Assembly (NCBI GenBank): GCA_028716045.1
Contig: JAQUQO010000001.1
Coordinates: forward strand, 528,897-592,896
Source: Patescibacteria group bacterium
GTDB taxonomy: Bacteria; Patescibacteriota; Patescibacteriia; JAQUQO01
DNA: 64,000 bases
Reading direction: 5' to 3'
Part shown: in pieces, positions 18,591 through 27,424 of the stretch
Layout: each line of letters opens with the position of its first letter
How positions within the stretch are numbered: the stretch's first letter is position 1
Notes under the pieces: generated by a model
Seen by the model: only the letters and a program-made list of their open reading frames with translations
The model's database searches: none
What the model was told of the DNA's origin: nothing
Translations under genes and position numbers: made by a program

Positions 18591-19265
18591 CTATCCCTCG
18601 TCAGAAAAAATTTCTTTAACTGCCTCGTCTTTCGCCATTATTTTGTCGTCAATCTTTTTTTGAAGCCTTTCCAGTTCTTCGTCGGAAAAATTTTTAATAT
18701 CTTCCCAGGCCTTTTCTATTCTTTTGCTATTGGATGGCGACTCCGCCGGTGATTCTTCCGACCCTTTATAAGCGTGCTGCAACCCCAAAATCAATTCCTG
18801 GACTTCGGCCGGATGATGAACATAGCGTAATTTAATTTTCGTGCTGGTATTGGCTATCTGAAGCTGCACCGAACCGTATTTAAACATGGATTGCCAAAGC
18901 CCGCGCTGATGATAAGAAACTTCCTGAATTTTATCGTAAGTTATGCCGGAAACGGTTTTGTCAAAAAATCCTCTTTGGTCAAAATCAATCACGCGGTAAT
19001 TAGTGACAATGGAAGCGTTGTAATGCCATACCACGAAAATCTTTAGCGCGTAAACAATCCCGCACCCGAGAACCAAGAGGAAAAGAAGCACGCCCCAGAA
19101 TCCCCAAGAGAACAGTAAAAACATAAAAAAGAACGGGGCCAAAATCAAAATCAGGGCCAGAAGAATCTTAAAAAATAAAGTGAGAGGGTAACGCCGGATT
19201 ACTCTGATTATTTCTTCTCCCTCCCGTAAGTTTAAAATTTTATAAAATTTTTTTTCTCCGCTCAT
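18591..19265 (-). CDS. membrane protein with bacterial PH (bPH_2/YdbT-like) domain
   Basis: Two TMs followed by PH-like region. Confidence 0.45.
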   Translation of the reverse strand: MSGEKKFYKILNLREGEEIIRVIRRYPLTLFFKILLALILILAPFFFMFLLFSWGFWGVLLFLLVLGCGIVYALKIFVVWHYNASIVTNYRVIDFDQRGFFDKTVSGITYDKIQEVSYHQRGLWQSMFKYGSVQLQIANTSTKIKLRYVHHPAEVQELILGLQHAYKGSEESPAESPSNSKRIEKAWEDIKNFSDEELERLQKKIDDKIMAKDEAVKEIFSDEG

Positions 19266-19268
19266 AAG

Positions 19269-19889
19269 TTAAATATTGAAAAAATCTTTAATTTTTTTCA
19301 ATGATTCTCCGGCTCGCAAAACTTTAATTTTCTTGCCGGTAAAATCAATAATGGTTGACGGTCTCTTGCCTTTTAATTTTCCGCCGTCCAAAATAAGGTC
19401 GGGCTTGAATTTTCTTTTCTTAAAAATTTTATAAACACCCGCGGCAGTGTCCGGTGTTATTTTTCCTGAAATGTTGGCGGAAGTGGAGGTAAGCGGACGC
19501 TTTAATAACCGCGCGAGAGTCAACGCCGTTTTGTCATCGGGCATTCTTATCCCCACTTTCTTTCTCCCACCGCTAACCCATTCTGGCACAATTTTCCTTT
19601 TCTTCAGCACCAAAGTTATCGCTCCGGGCAAAAAATGTTCAGCAACTCGCCGCGCTGTTTCTGTAAGATACGCCCACCGACTAATATCCTTCTTTGAACC
19701 CACAGAAATAAGCAAAGGTTTCTTAAAATTTCGTCCTTTTATTTTATAAACTTTCTCTACCGCTTTTTTATTAAAAATATCCGCCCCGAGACCGTATAGA
19801 GTATCTGTCGGATAAACAATCGCCCCGCCACGCCGCAAAACCGCAACCGCTTCTTCGATAGATTTTTTTGTAATTTTTTTAATTATCAT
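19269..19889 (-). CDS. tsaC: L-threonylcarbamoyladenylate synthase (YrdC/Sua5 family)
   Basis: VYPTDTLYGLGAD motif; start chosen at internal Met (MIIKKITKK); ORF extends to 19949. Confidence 0.7.
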   Translation of the reverse strand: MIIKKITKKSIEEAVAVLRRGGAIVYPTDTLYGLGADIFNKKAVEKVYKIKGRNFKKPLLISVGSKKDISRWAYLTETARRVAEHFLPGAITLVLKKRKIVPEWVSGGRKKVGIRMPDDKTALTLARLLKRPLTSTSANISGKITPDTAAGVYKIFKKRKFKPDLILDGGKLKGKRPSTIIDFTGKKIKVLRAGESLKKIKDFFNI

Positions 19890-19980
19890 GATTCTAATGG
19901 CAAATTCCAAAATCCTAATGTCAAACAAAACCCAAATTACAAATAACAAACTTTATCGCCAAGTATTTAATGTCTGACAT

Positions 19981-21378
19981 TTATTTGTCATTTGAAATTT
20001 GTAATTTTTGCTTTATCGCTTCCCTCGCTTTTATCCTGTCGTCCCAGGGAATTTTTTTGCCTTTAGCCACGGCTATCGCCTGCTCCGCGCCCTTGCCCGT
20101 AATAACAACCAAATCCCCCGCTTCTGCCAGTTCCATGGCTTTTTTAATTGCCTCTCCCCGGTCTTCTATTTTAAATAAATTTTTGGCTAAAATTTTTCCT
20201 TCTTTAATAGCGCCTTCGGCCACTTCATCAATAATTAAGCTCGGAATATCGTCATAAGGGTCCTCATTAGTCACAATTACTATATTTGCTTCTTTGGCCG
20301 CCAAACTCCCAAGGATCGGCCGGCGGTTGCGGTCTCGCCCGCCGCCGCAGGAACCAAGAACGTGGATGACTTTCCTCGCGGAATTTTTTATACCGGACGA
20401 TTTCAGGGCTTCATACATTTTAGCAAAAGAAGCCGGTTCCGGAGCGTAGTCAACCAATACGCGGAAGGGCTGGCCTTCTTCTATAAATTCCATCCTGCCC
20501 GGCAAACCGGGAATTTTTTCTAAAGCCCGCCGGCAAGTTTCCAAATCAATATCTTGAGATAAAGCCACGGCAATAGCCGCGAGCGAATTATAGATATTAA
20601 ATTCGCCAAGAAGTTTTAAATTAAAAACTGTTCCCTTGACTTCAAAGCTCACCCCCCCCTGATTCAAAAGAATTTTTTCCGCTTGAACAATGCGGCTGAT
20701 GTTCGCTCCTCCCCGGCCTTCAATGCCATAACCCCAGGCCTCATCAGTTTCAAAACGCAAAAAATCTAAAAAATATTCATCATCAATATTAACTACACTC
20801 GTCTTTTTTATATTAACTGGTTTATTTTTTAAATAAACCTTCTTGATGGTGCCGCGGGCGGTATGCCTGAATAATTCCATTTTAGCTTTTTTATAATTTT
20901 CAAAACCGCCGTGCGATTCCAAATGCTCCGGCGTCAGGTTGGTAAAAACCGCCACGTCATAATTGATACCAAAGTGACGAAATTGCTTAATGCCCTCGGA
21001 CGAAGTTTCTACTATGGCGTATTCGCAACCGGCGCGCACCATGTCTTTTAATAACTTCTGTAATTTAAAACGGCCAAGCATGGTCATTTTAGTATCATTA
21101 AGCCACTCTTTCTCCGCGATTTTAAAATTGGCAGTGGAAGTCCAGCCGACTTTGTAGCCCGCCTCTTCCAAAATCCGGCCAATGAGATTGACGGTGGTGG
21201 ATTTACCGTTGGTTCCCGTCACGCCAATGACCACCATTTTCCCCGACGGATGACCATAAAAAATATCAGCCATTACGGCTAATGACTTATAGTAAAAAGC
21301 TAACACAAACTTCGGGATAAATTTTTTGATGAATTCTTTCATTAAATACAGATTATCATTTAACCGCATTTTTTTCAA
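19981..21378 (-). CDS. murE: Mur ligase, MurE-like (UDP-MurNAc-L-Ala-D-Glu:diamino acid ligase)
   Basis: GVTGTNGKSTT P-loop, NLTPEHL, PGRMEF, C-terminal ...ITGKGAE...WDDR. Confidence 0.65.
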   Translation of the reverse strand: MKKMRLNDNLYLMKEFIKKFIPKFVLAFYYKSLAVMADIFYGHPSGKMVVIGVTGTNGKSTTVNLIGRILEEAGYKVGWTSTANFKIAEKEWLNDTKMTMLGRFKLQKLLKDMVRAGCEYAIVETSSEGIKQFRHFGINYDVAVFTNLTPEHLESHGGFENYKKAKMELFRHTARGTIKKVYLKNKPVNIKKTSVVNIDDEYFLDFLRFETDEAWGYGIEGRGGANISRIVQAEKILLNQGGVSFEVKGTVFNLKLLGEFNIYNSLAAIAVALSQDIDLETCRRALEKIPGLPGRMEFIEEGQPFRVLVDYAPEPASFAKMYEALKSSGIKNSARKVIHVLGSCGGGRDRNRRPILGSLAAKEANIVIVTNEDPYDDIPSLIIDEVAEGAIKEGKILAKNLFKIEDRGEAIKKAMELAEAGDLVVITGKGAEQAIAVAKGKKIPWDDRIKAREAIKQKLQISNDK

Positions 21379-21389
21379 GAACTAAAAAA

Positions 21390-21425
21390 GCCCTGCGTTT
21401 TTCGCGCAGGGCTTTGTGATTTTGA
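21390..21425. terminator. bidirectional terminator (GCCCTGCG-TTTTTC-GCGCAGGGC)
   Basis: Stem-loop flanked by A-run and T-run. Confidence 0.65.
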
Positions 21426-21487
21426 AAAAAAGTTATAGGGCTTTTGATATTTCTCAAGGGATGTTTTGACTGCTTCTCTACTTATTA

Positions 21488-22216
21488 TTAATTTGACGGC
21501 AAGGTCTTCAGGGCGTTTTCCAGTTTCTCCCTTATTTCTTGGGCATGTTTCGATTTACTCCTGTCTTTGGATTTTTTAATCCCATCGATGATTGATTCTA
21601 TATTAGAAATAAGGTGCTGGTTATTTGCTTTTGTAGAATCAAACTTAACAATCAAATCCGACAGGCCAGAAAACCTCTGCAAAATATCCAAAATATATTC
21701 GGGGTCATTGGCAGTAATTCGCTGAGTGCCATTGAAAGCTGAAAGTGTAAAGCTCTCGCAATCCCAATTTGCTAATTTCCAGTGGCCAATACTCGGGGTG
21801 TGCAGGATATAAACCTTGCGAAACCATCCTCCTTGGCGAATATATAACACCGGTCCGCCCACCTCATAATAAGGAGGGTTGGGCGATAACTTAGAATCTT
21901 CGTGGCAATGAAGAATACCCCTATCATCGCGAAATATAAATAAGGATTTTCCTATTATATTATTTGCGAAAAATGAACGCGCCATTGCTATACCACAACA
22001 CCCAGTAAACAATACTACGAAAGCCCACGTAATTTTCTCTGCTCCCGAATTTTCCGGATTTAACATTCCTTTGGTGAGAAAAAGTGGCGTAAATATTATA
22101 AACAAAAAACCTAAAACCCCAAAAACCGGATGGAGTATTCTGTCTCGTCCAGGATTTCTATAATTTCTACATCGTTCCTTACACTTAGTAAATTTTGCTT
22201 CTATTAACTTTTCCAT
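21488..22216 (-). CDS. membrane protein, unknown function (242 aa)
   Basis: Two predicted TMs; no recognised motifs. Confidence 0.55.
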   Translation of the reverse strand: MEKLIEAKFTKCKERCRNYRNPGRDRILHPVFGVLGFLFIIFTPLFLTKGMLNPENSGAEKITWAFVVLFTGCCGIAMARSFFANNIIGKSLFIFRDDRGILHCHEDSKLSPNPPYYEVGGPVLYIRQGGWFRKVYILHTPSIGHWKLANWDCESFTLSAFNGTQRITANDPEYILDILQRFSGLSDLIVKFDSTKANNQHLISNIESIIDGIKKSKDRSKSKHAQEIREKLENALKTLPSN

Positions 22217-22587
22217 CTCTTTTTCTCCTTCCTAACTGACAGGCCCATCTCTCCTGCCAGTAGAAGTGCCGTGATTGGCCCTTCCCGCACTATGCGGGAC
22301 ATTCCAACCAGGGCTATTTCAAAGAACCTTAATATCTGTTAAATATAACTTATCTTGGGGGTTTTGTCAAGACCCTGAGCGCTTTAAGCATCGAAGGGGC
22401 AACTCCAAAAACAAAAAAACGGCTGAAATAAGCCATTTTCTACTTAGCATCTCCTAAAATCCCTCTCTAACTCTCCCTTTTTCAAAGGGAGAGGACTTAC
22501 CTCTAAATCTTATTTTAGAATAACCGTCTCCCCCTTTGAAAAAGGGGGTGCCCTGAGCGAAGTCGAAGGGCGGGGGATTTTTTATCT

Positions 22588-24033
22588 CTATAAATTTCTT
22601 ACTTCCCTCACAAACTGGTCTCCGCGGTCAAATTCATTTATAAACAATCCGAAGCTGGCGGCGCCGGGAGATAATAAAACAATATCACCACGAGTAGCAA
22701 TCTCTTTCGCCCAACTGACAGCATCGCTCATTGTTAAAATTGGATACGGGATGCCTGCCGGCGGTTCGACTGAGCTCACCGAAGTCCGGCTAGGCAGGTC
22801 TGATTTTTGATATTTGATATTTTTTAACTCTTTTAATATCTTCTCGCTGGCATCGCCCTTAAATAAAATCACCGACTTGGTATATTTTTTAATATATCTC
22901 GCCAGCTCTTTAAAATCTAATTTTTTGTCCGCCCCGCCGGACAGCAGAATAATGTTTTTCTTTTTCCCGCCGAGCGCCTTCAGAGAAGTAATCGCGGCGT
23001 CCGGCGCGGTGGCCGTGGTATCATTGATATATTTCACTCCCCCGACTTCCCGCACGAGTTCCAAGCGGCTGGGTACGCCTTTAAAATTTTTAATCGCCGA
23101 GCGGATTATTTTAGCGGGTGCACCGGCGACTCCGGCCATCGCCACGGCCCCCAAAATATTTTCCAAATTATGTTCGCCGAGTAATTTTATTTCTCTCACC
23201 GGCAGGACTCTTGTCTCCTTGCCGTTATTTCTGAATTTTATCCAGCCATCGGGAGTAATAAAACTTCCGTTTTCACCGGCGAAATATTTTTTAGAAAACC
23301 AGAACCGGCGCGATAAAACTTCCCGGCCCATGGCTAAAGTATGGCGATTGTCGCGGTTTAAAATAACGCTGTCGTCGGGAGTTTGAAAAGTATAAACAAG
23401 CTTCTTGGCTGATTTATAATCCTCCAAATCCTTGTAACGATTCAAATGGTCGGGAAAGATATTGGTGATTAGAGAAATTCGCGGACTGCGTTTGATGCGC
23501 GCCAGGCCTTCAAGCTGCCAGGAGGAAAGTTCCAAAACAACCGGCGTGTCCGCCGCGATTTTATCTAAATCATCCAACGGCGATTTGCGGATATTGCCCG
23601 CCACTACGGTTTTTTTATCCAACTTTTTGAAAATCTCTCCGGCTAAGACCGTGGTCGTGGTCTTGCCCTTGGTGCCGGTAATGCCAAAAATCGGGGCGGG
23701 GCAATATTCAAAAAAAATACTGACATCCGTGGCAATGGGCACGCCGTTTTGTTCGGCGATTTTTAAAAATTTTGATTCCCGCGGCACGCCGGGATTTTGA
23801 ATAATCAAATCGGTATTTTTAAAATCAGCTTCGGGGTGTTTTCCTAAAACAAATTTAACTTTTAAGCCCCGCAGTAAAGCGATTGATTTTTGAAGCTGCT
23901 TTCTTGTTTTAAGGTCAGTGACTAAAACCTTGGCGCCGTGGCGAATAAGCCACCGTGTTACTCCCACCCCGCCGCCATGAAGACCAAGCCCCATGACCGT
24001 GACGCGCCTTCCTTTAAATTCGCTGATTTTCAT
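22588..24033 (-). CDS. murD: UDP-N-acetylmuramoylalanine--D-glutamate ligase MurD
   Basis: N-terminal Rossmann VTVMGLGLHGGG, GITGTKGKTTT, 481 aa. Confidence 0.85.
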   Translation of the reverse strand: MKISEFKGRRVTVMGLGLHGGGVGVTRWLIRHGAKVLVTDLKTRKQLQKSIALLRGLKVKFVLGKHPEADFKNTDLIIQNPGVPRESKFLKIAEQNGVPIATDVSIFFEYCPAPIFGITGTKGKTTTTVLAGEIFKKLDKKTVVAGNIRKSPLDDLDKIAADTPVVLELSSWQLEGLARIKRSPRISLITNIFPDHLNRYKDLEDYKSAKKLVYTFQTPDDSVILNRDNRHTLAMGREVLSRRFWFSKKYFAGENGSFITPDGWIKFRNNGKETRVLPVREIKLLGEHNLENILGAVAMAGVAGAPAKIIRSAIKNFKGVPSRLELVREVGGVKYINDTTATAPDAAITSLKALGGKKKNIILLSGGADKKLDFKELARYIKKYTKSVILFKGDASEKILKELKNIKYQKSDLPSRTSVSSVEPPAGIPYPILTMSDAVSWAKEIATRGDIVLLSPGAASFGLFINEFDRGDQFVREVRNL

Positions 24034-24123
24034 ATTACCTCATCATATTATATTATCGGCTATTTTTCAATAATAACCAACGGCGATTGGCTCCAAACCA
24101 AGTATTTGCTATACTATTACCAT

Positions 24124-24624
24124 ATGACTGAAACATTAATAAACGCCGTAAAAAATCTGCCGCCGGAACTGGCCGTGCTGATTTTAGCTATGTTCCCGCT
24201 CACCGAACTTCGCGCTTCCATCCCCCTCGGCTTAACTATTTTTCATCTGAATGTCTTCTCAACTTTTATTTTTTCGGTAATCGGCGACATCATACCCATG
24301 CTCGTAATTATTTACCTTCTGGAGCCGGCCTCTTTATGGCTTAGTAAAAAATGGCGGCTGGCGGAAAAATTCTTTAACTGGCTGTTCGCCCGCACGCGAC
24401 GCAAATTTACCGGCAACTATCAAAAATACGGAGAAATAGGCCTGATGATTTTTGTCGCCATCCCCCTCCCTCTTACCGGTTCCTGGACCGGCGCGGTCGC
24501 CGCTTTCCTTTTCGGCATACCGAAAAAACGGGCGATAATTTTTATCAGCGCCGGGGTGGTTTTAGCGGGAATTGCTGTCACCATTCTAAGTTTAAGCGGA
24601 ATAACTTTGTTTAATAATTTTTAG
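24124..24624 (+). CDS. small multi-pass membrane protein (COG2426-like)
   Basis: 4 TMs; start at ATG 24124 (upstream in-frame extension unlikely). Confidence 0.5.
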   Translation: MTETLINAVKNLPPELAVLILAMFPLTELRASIPLGLTIFHLNVFSTFIFSVIGDIIPMLVIIYLLEPASLWLSKKWRLAEKFFNWLFARTRRKFTGNYQKYGEIGLMIFVAIPLPLTGSWTGAVAAFLFGIPKKRAIIFISAGVVLAGIAVTILSLSGITLFNNF

Positions 24625-24636
24625 CGAGAGTTATTT

Positions 24637-25524
24637 ATGAACAAATTATTTTTTACTGTTTTTCTTTTCGCGCTATTGGTCGGACCGGCTCTCGCTGCGA
24701 CTCCGCCATCTCTCACGAAAGAAACTGACGAGCCCAAAACTCCTTTGGAAATTTTTAAAGAAAACAGGAAATTAATAAAAATATCTTCTACCAAGGCGGC
24801 TAAGATATTGACGGAAAAAATCCCCCAGACAATCAATTCTTCGCGCGTCGTCTGGATTAACGAAAAGCCATACTACTCTTTTGACGGCACTCAAGAAATA
24901 GAGGAAGCGGACGGAGTCCAAATTAAATTTAAAACCACTTATAATGTCAGCGCGGAAAACGGAGAAATTGCGGAAATTTCCAAAGCGCTCGCTTTTAAAA
25001 AAGGAGGGGGTGAAAGAATAGAGCCGAATAACGATCTCCTTCTCCTTGTGGGCAATGACTTTCTCTATATCTACAACGTCCCGCCGGAACTAAAAGAAAA
25101 AATTCGCGCTAAAATGATGCTCCACTATTTCCAACCGCTAATCAGTTTTCCCACCATAAATGACATCCGCCAACCCTACATCGCGAAACAGACTATAAAA
25201 ATTTTAGTCCAACAAAAAAAGGATTGCGATTCTCTGCTGGTAACGCACGGGCGACTGCTGGCGGAAATAGCCGGCGCTGAATATGATTTGAAGGTAATAA
25301 AAACTAGGTTGTGGTCACTGCCCTCCATCTGGGACGACGAATGTCTGCTTAAGACGGCCGACGCGGACGGAACGGAGGCGCTGCTAACCGAATTGAACAA
25401 AAAAGAACTGTTGGAACAAGTTAAAGAAGGATTTATTGAATCTAAATTGACTGTTTACTGGGATTCCGTCAGAAATGCTTTTTGGAGATTTATCTTCAGA
25501 GTGCAGAATTTGTTTAGAAAATAA
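24637..25524 (+). CDS. secreted protein, unknown (295 aa)
   Basis: Signal peptide LLVGPALAATPP. Confidence 0.6.
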   Translation: MNKLFFTVFLFALLVGPALAATPPSLTKETDEPKTPLEIFKENRKLIKISSTKAAKILTEKIPQTINSSRVVWINEKPYYSFDGTQEIEEADGVQIKFKTTYNVSAENGEIAEISKALAFKKGGGERIEPNNDLLLLVGNDFLYIYNVPPELKEKIRAKMMLHYFQPLISFPTINDIRQPYIAKQTIKILVQQKKDCDSLLVTHGRLLAEIAGAEYDLKVIKTRLWSLPSIWDDECLLKTADADGTEALLTELNKKELLEQVKEGFIESKLTVYWDSVRNAFWRFIFRVQNLFRK

Positions 25525-25539
25525 GAAATGATTTAAAAA

Positions 25540-25575
25540 CCCTCCTCGGTTTATCCGGGGAGGGTATTTGTTTTT
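25540..25575 (+). terminator. strong rho-independent terminator (10-bp stem CCCTCCTCGG/CCGGGGAGGG)
   Basis: Followed by TATTTGTTTTT. Confidence 0.75.
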
Positions 25576-25620
25576 AATAAAAAACCACCGCCATTTTAAT
25601 AGCTGTGGTGATTTATATTA

Positions 25621-25827
25621 TTATCGGGTAAATCTGAAATGAGCGGCCTCATTCATTTTAAAGCGCGCGGCACGAATTTTGTCCATACCATCTTTAATGG
25701 CTTCTGAAAATCTAACGGAAAAACCTTCCATTCTCTTCCTGGTTTTTCCGAGATCTTCAACTGCTTCCTCGCCGAAAATTTGTATTGCTAATCCATAAAA
25801 ACGACCGCCTTTTTCTTCTCTATGCAT
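25621..25827 (-). CDS. small hypothetical protein (68 aa)
   Basis: GGAGGTG RBS 6 nt upstream of ATG. Confidence 0.5.
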   Translation of the reverse strand: MHREEKGGRFYGLAIQIFGEEAVEDLGKTRKRMEGFSVRFSEAIKDGMDKIRAARFKMNEAAHFRFTR

Positions 25828-25900
25828 CTTGCACCTCCGTTTAATCCTTAATAACTACAAAACAAGCATACTTTATTATGAACGTCGAAGGGAGATAACT

Positions 25901-26182
25901 TTACTCATAAGAATCGTCGGGAAGGACCTCAATGTCATCTATCCCGGCGTCTACAACGATACGTTCTCTCACTTTAAGTTTCATTGGATATCCGACTCGA
26001 AACTGTATATCATGCAGATTTATCCTAAAAGAGAGCTTATCAACTTTCCGATTCGTTTCCCTGAGTCCTTCTACGATTCTTTTTGCCCGTTTGTTAATTT
26101 CCCCAAACTGTTTGTTAAAAAGGGCTGAGATTTGCTTAATAATATTGCTTTCTTCTTTAGAAAAATCTTTTTCTTCTACCAT
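25901..26182 (-). CDS. small hypothetical protein (93 aa)
   Basis: GGGAGG RBS; start overlapped by stop of upstream mini-ORF. Confidence 0.5.
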   Translation of the reverse strand: MVEEKDFSKEESNIIKQISALFNKQFGEINKRAKRIVEGLRETNRKVDKLSFRINLHDIQFRVGYPMKLKVRERIVVDAGIDDIEVLPDDSYE

Positions 26183-26259
26183 CGCCGATTCCTCCCTTCC
26201 ATCTTTTTCTTCTTGTAAAAAGAAAATTTATCCCTCTCTGTTGCTTTTTCTATTACCAT
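26176..26259 (-). CDS. 27-aa mini-ORF translationally coupled to 25901-26182
   Basis: GGAGGTG-4nt-ATG; stop TAG overlaps downstream ATG (ATGGTAG). Confidence 0.3.
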   Translation of the reverse strand: MVIEKATERDKFSFYKKKKMEGRNRRW

Positions 26260-26279
26260 TTCACACCTCCGTATAATTT

Positions 26280-26474
26280 TTAAAGGTCAGGATTTTTTGA
26301 CAACCAAGCCAATGTCAAAAAGAAATTCTCAATTTTCTCCCAAATCTGGCTGTACCAAGGTTTGGGAGGACTTTTGAGAGAGTATACTCCACCCTTAAGC
26401 TCAAAATTATCCCGAATTATTTTTTCCCCTTCTCTCCGCTTCCTTTCTTCCCGCCTCTTACTTTTCTTATCCAT
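26280..26474 (-). CDS. small basic hypothetical protein (64 aa, N-terminal KKSKRREERKRREGEK)
   Basis: AAGGAAAG RBS. Confidence 0.4.
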   Translation of the reverse strand: MDKKSKRREERKRREGEKIIRDNFELKGGVYSLKSPPKPWYSQIWEKIENFFLTLAWLSKNPDL

Positions 26475-26695
26475 TTTTTTCTTTCCTTTCTATCCCAATC
26501 TTAAATGTTCAGCGTTCTGCTCTTACTCTTAAACCTAAAATTTCAGGAGTGACAGTTTTCATCGGCTGAATTTCTTTCTCAATATTTTTTCTTAATTCAG
26601 TTCCGATTTTAAGCAACCCAATATCCTCTTGCAAGAACTTCTATTTTTATTCATTTTTACCTCGGTTTTGATTGTTAATGTTCAACTCTTTATTT

Positions 26696-27271
26696 TTACC
26701 CCCTCCTGATTTTGATATCGTATAAAATTTCCTCAATCTTTTTTAAATTGTGCTTTGCCTGGTCGTATTTGACGCGCAAGTAACTCGTCAGATTCATTTG
26801 AATAAGTTCGGCCATAATTTCTTCCAGCACATCCTTCGCCTCCTCCGCCGCTTTGTAATTTCCCTTGTTGGCCTGGTTAATCGCCCGCCGGACAATCTCG
26901 CCCGTCAGGTCGCAAACCCCGCCGATATAGGAATCAAAATTAATCTCCATTTCTTTTATTTCACCAATTTTCCCCTTTTCCAAAAACATGCAAAATAATT
27001 TTGCTTCCACATATTCTTCCACCGCCGCGCGATACGACCCTTCACTATTTAAAATTTCCTGATTTTTTATTTTCTTTTTCAGGTCGGCAAAAATGGCCTC
27101 CACTTCTCCGAGCGTCTTTTTGGCTTCCGCTAAATTCTCCCGATGAAGAGAAAAAATCGCCTGTTTGGATTTATGTAAGGCGTCTCCCGTATATCTAATA
27201 ATCTGCCGGCGATAACCGACGTATTCCAGAAAATCTTTTCTAAGCTGCGCGAAAAACTTTTTGTTAATCAT
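26696..27271 (-). CDS. helical protein, possibly translin-like (191 aa)
   Basis: YIGGVCDLTGEIVRRA resembles translin-family core; low confidence. Confidence 0.35.
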   Translation of the reverse strand: MINKKFFAQLRKDFLEYVGYRRQIIRYTGDALHKSKQAIFSLHRENLAEAKKTLGEVEAIFADLKKKIKNQEILNSEGSYRAAVEEYVEAKLFCMFLEKGKIGEIKEMEINFDSYIGGVCDLTGEIVRRAINQANKGNYKAAEEAKDVLEEIMAELIQMNLTSYLRVKYDQAKHNLKKIEEILYDIKIRRG

Positions 27272-27415
27272 TTATTTTTGAGCCGGCTGTAAGCGGCTTT
27301 TAAGTTCTTTGATTAATTTGTCTTTTTCTTCTTCGCTCACAGCTATTCTCCTTATCCGCGCCTTCTCCCTCCTTAAATACTTCTTGCCGCCACGACTTAA
27401 TTTAAACTGTTCCAT
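27272..27415 (-). CDS. 47-aa basic small protein, stop codon directly abutting ATG of downstream gene
   Basis: MEQFKLSRGGKKYLRREKARIRR...; ...AAATAA-ATG junction. Confidence 0.35.
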   Translation of the reverse strand: MEQFKLSRGGKKYLRREKARIRRIAVSEEEKDKLIKELKSRLQPAQK

Positions 27416-27424
27416 ATTGAAAAT

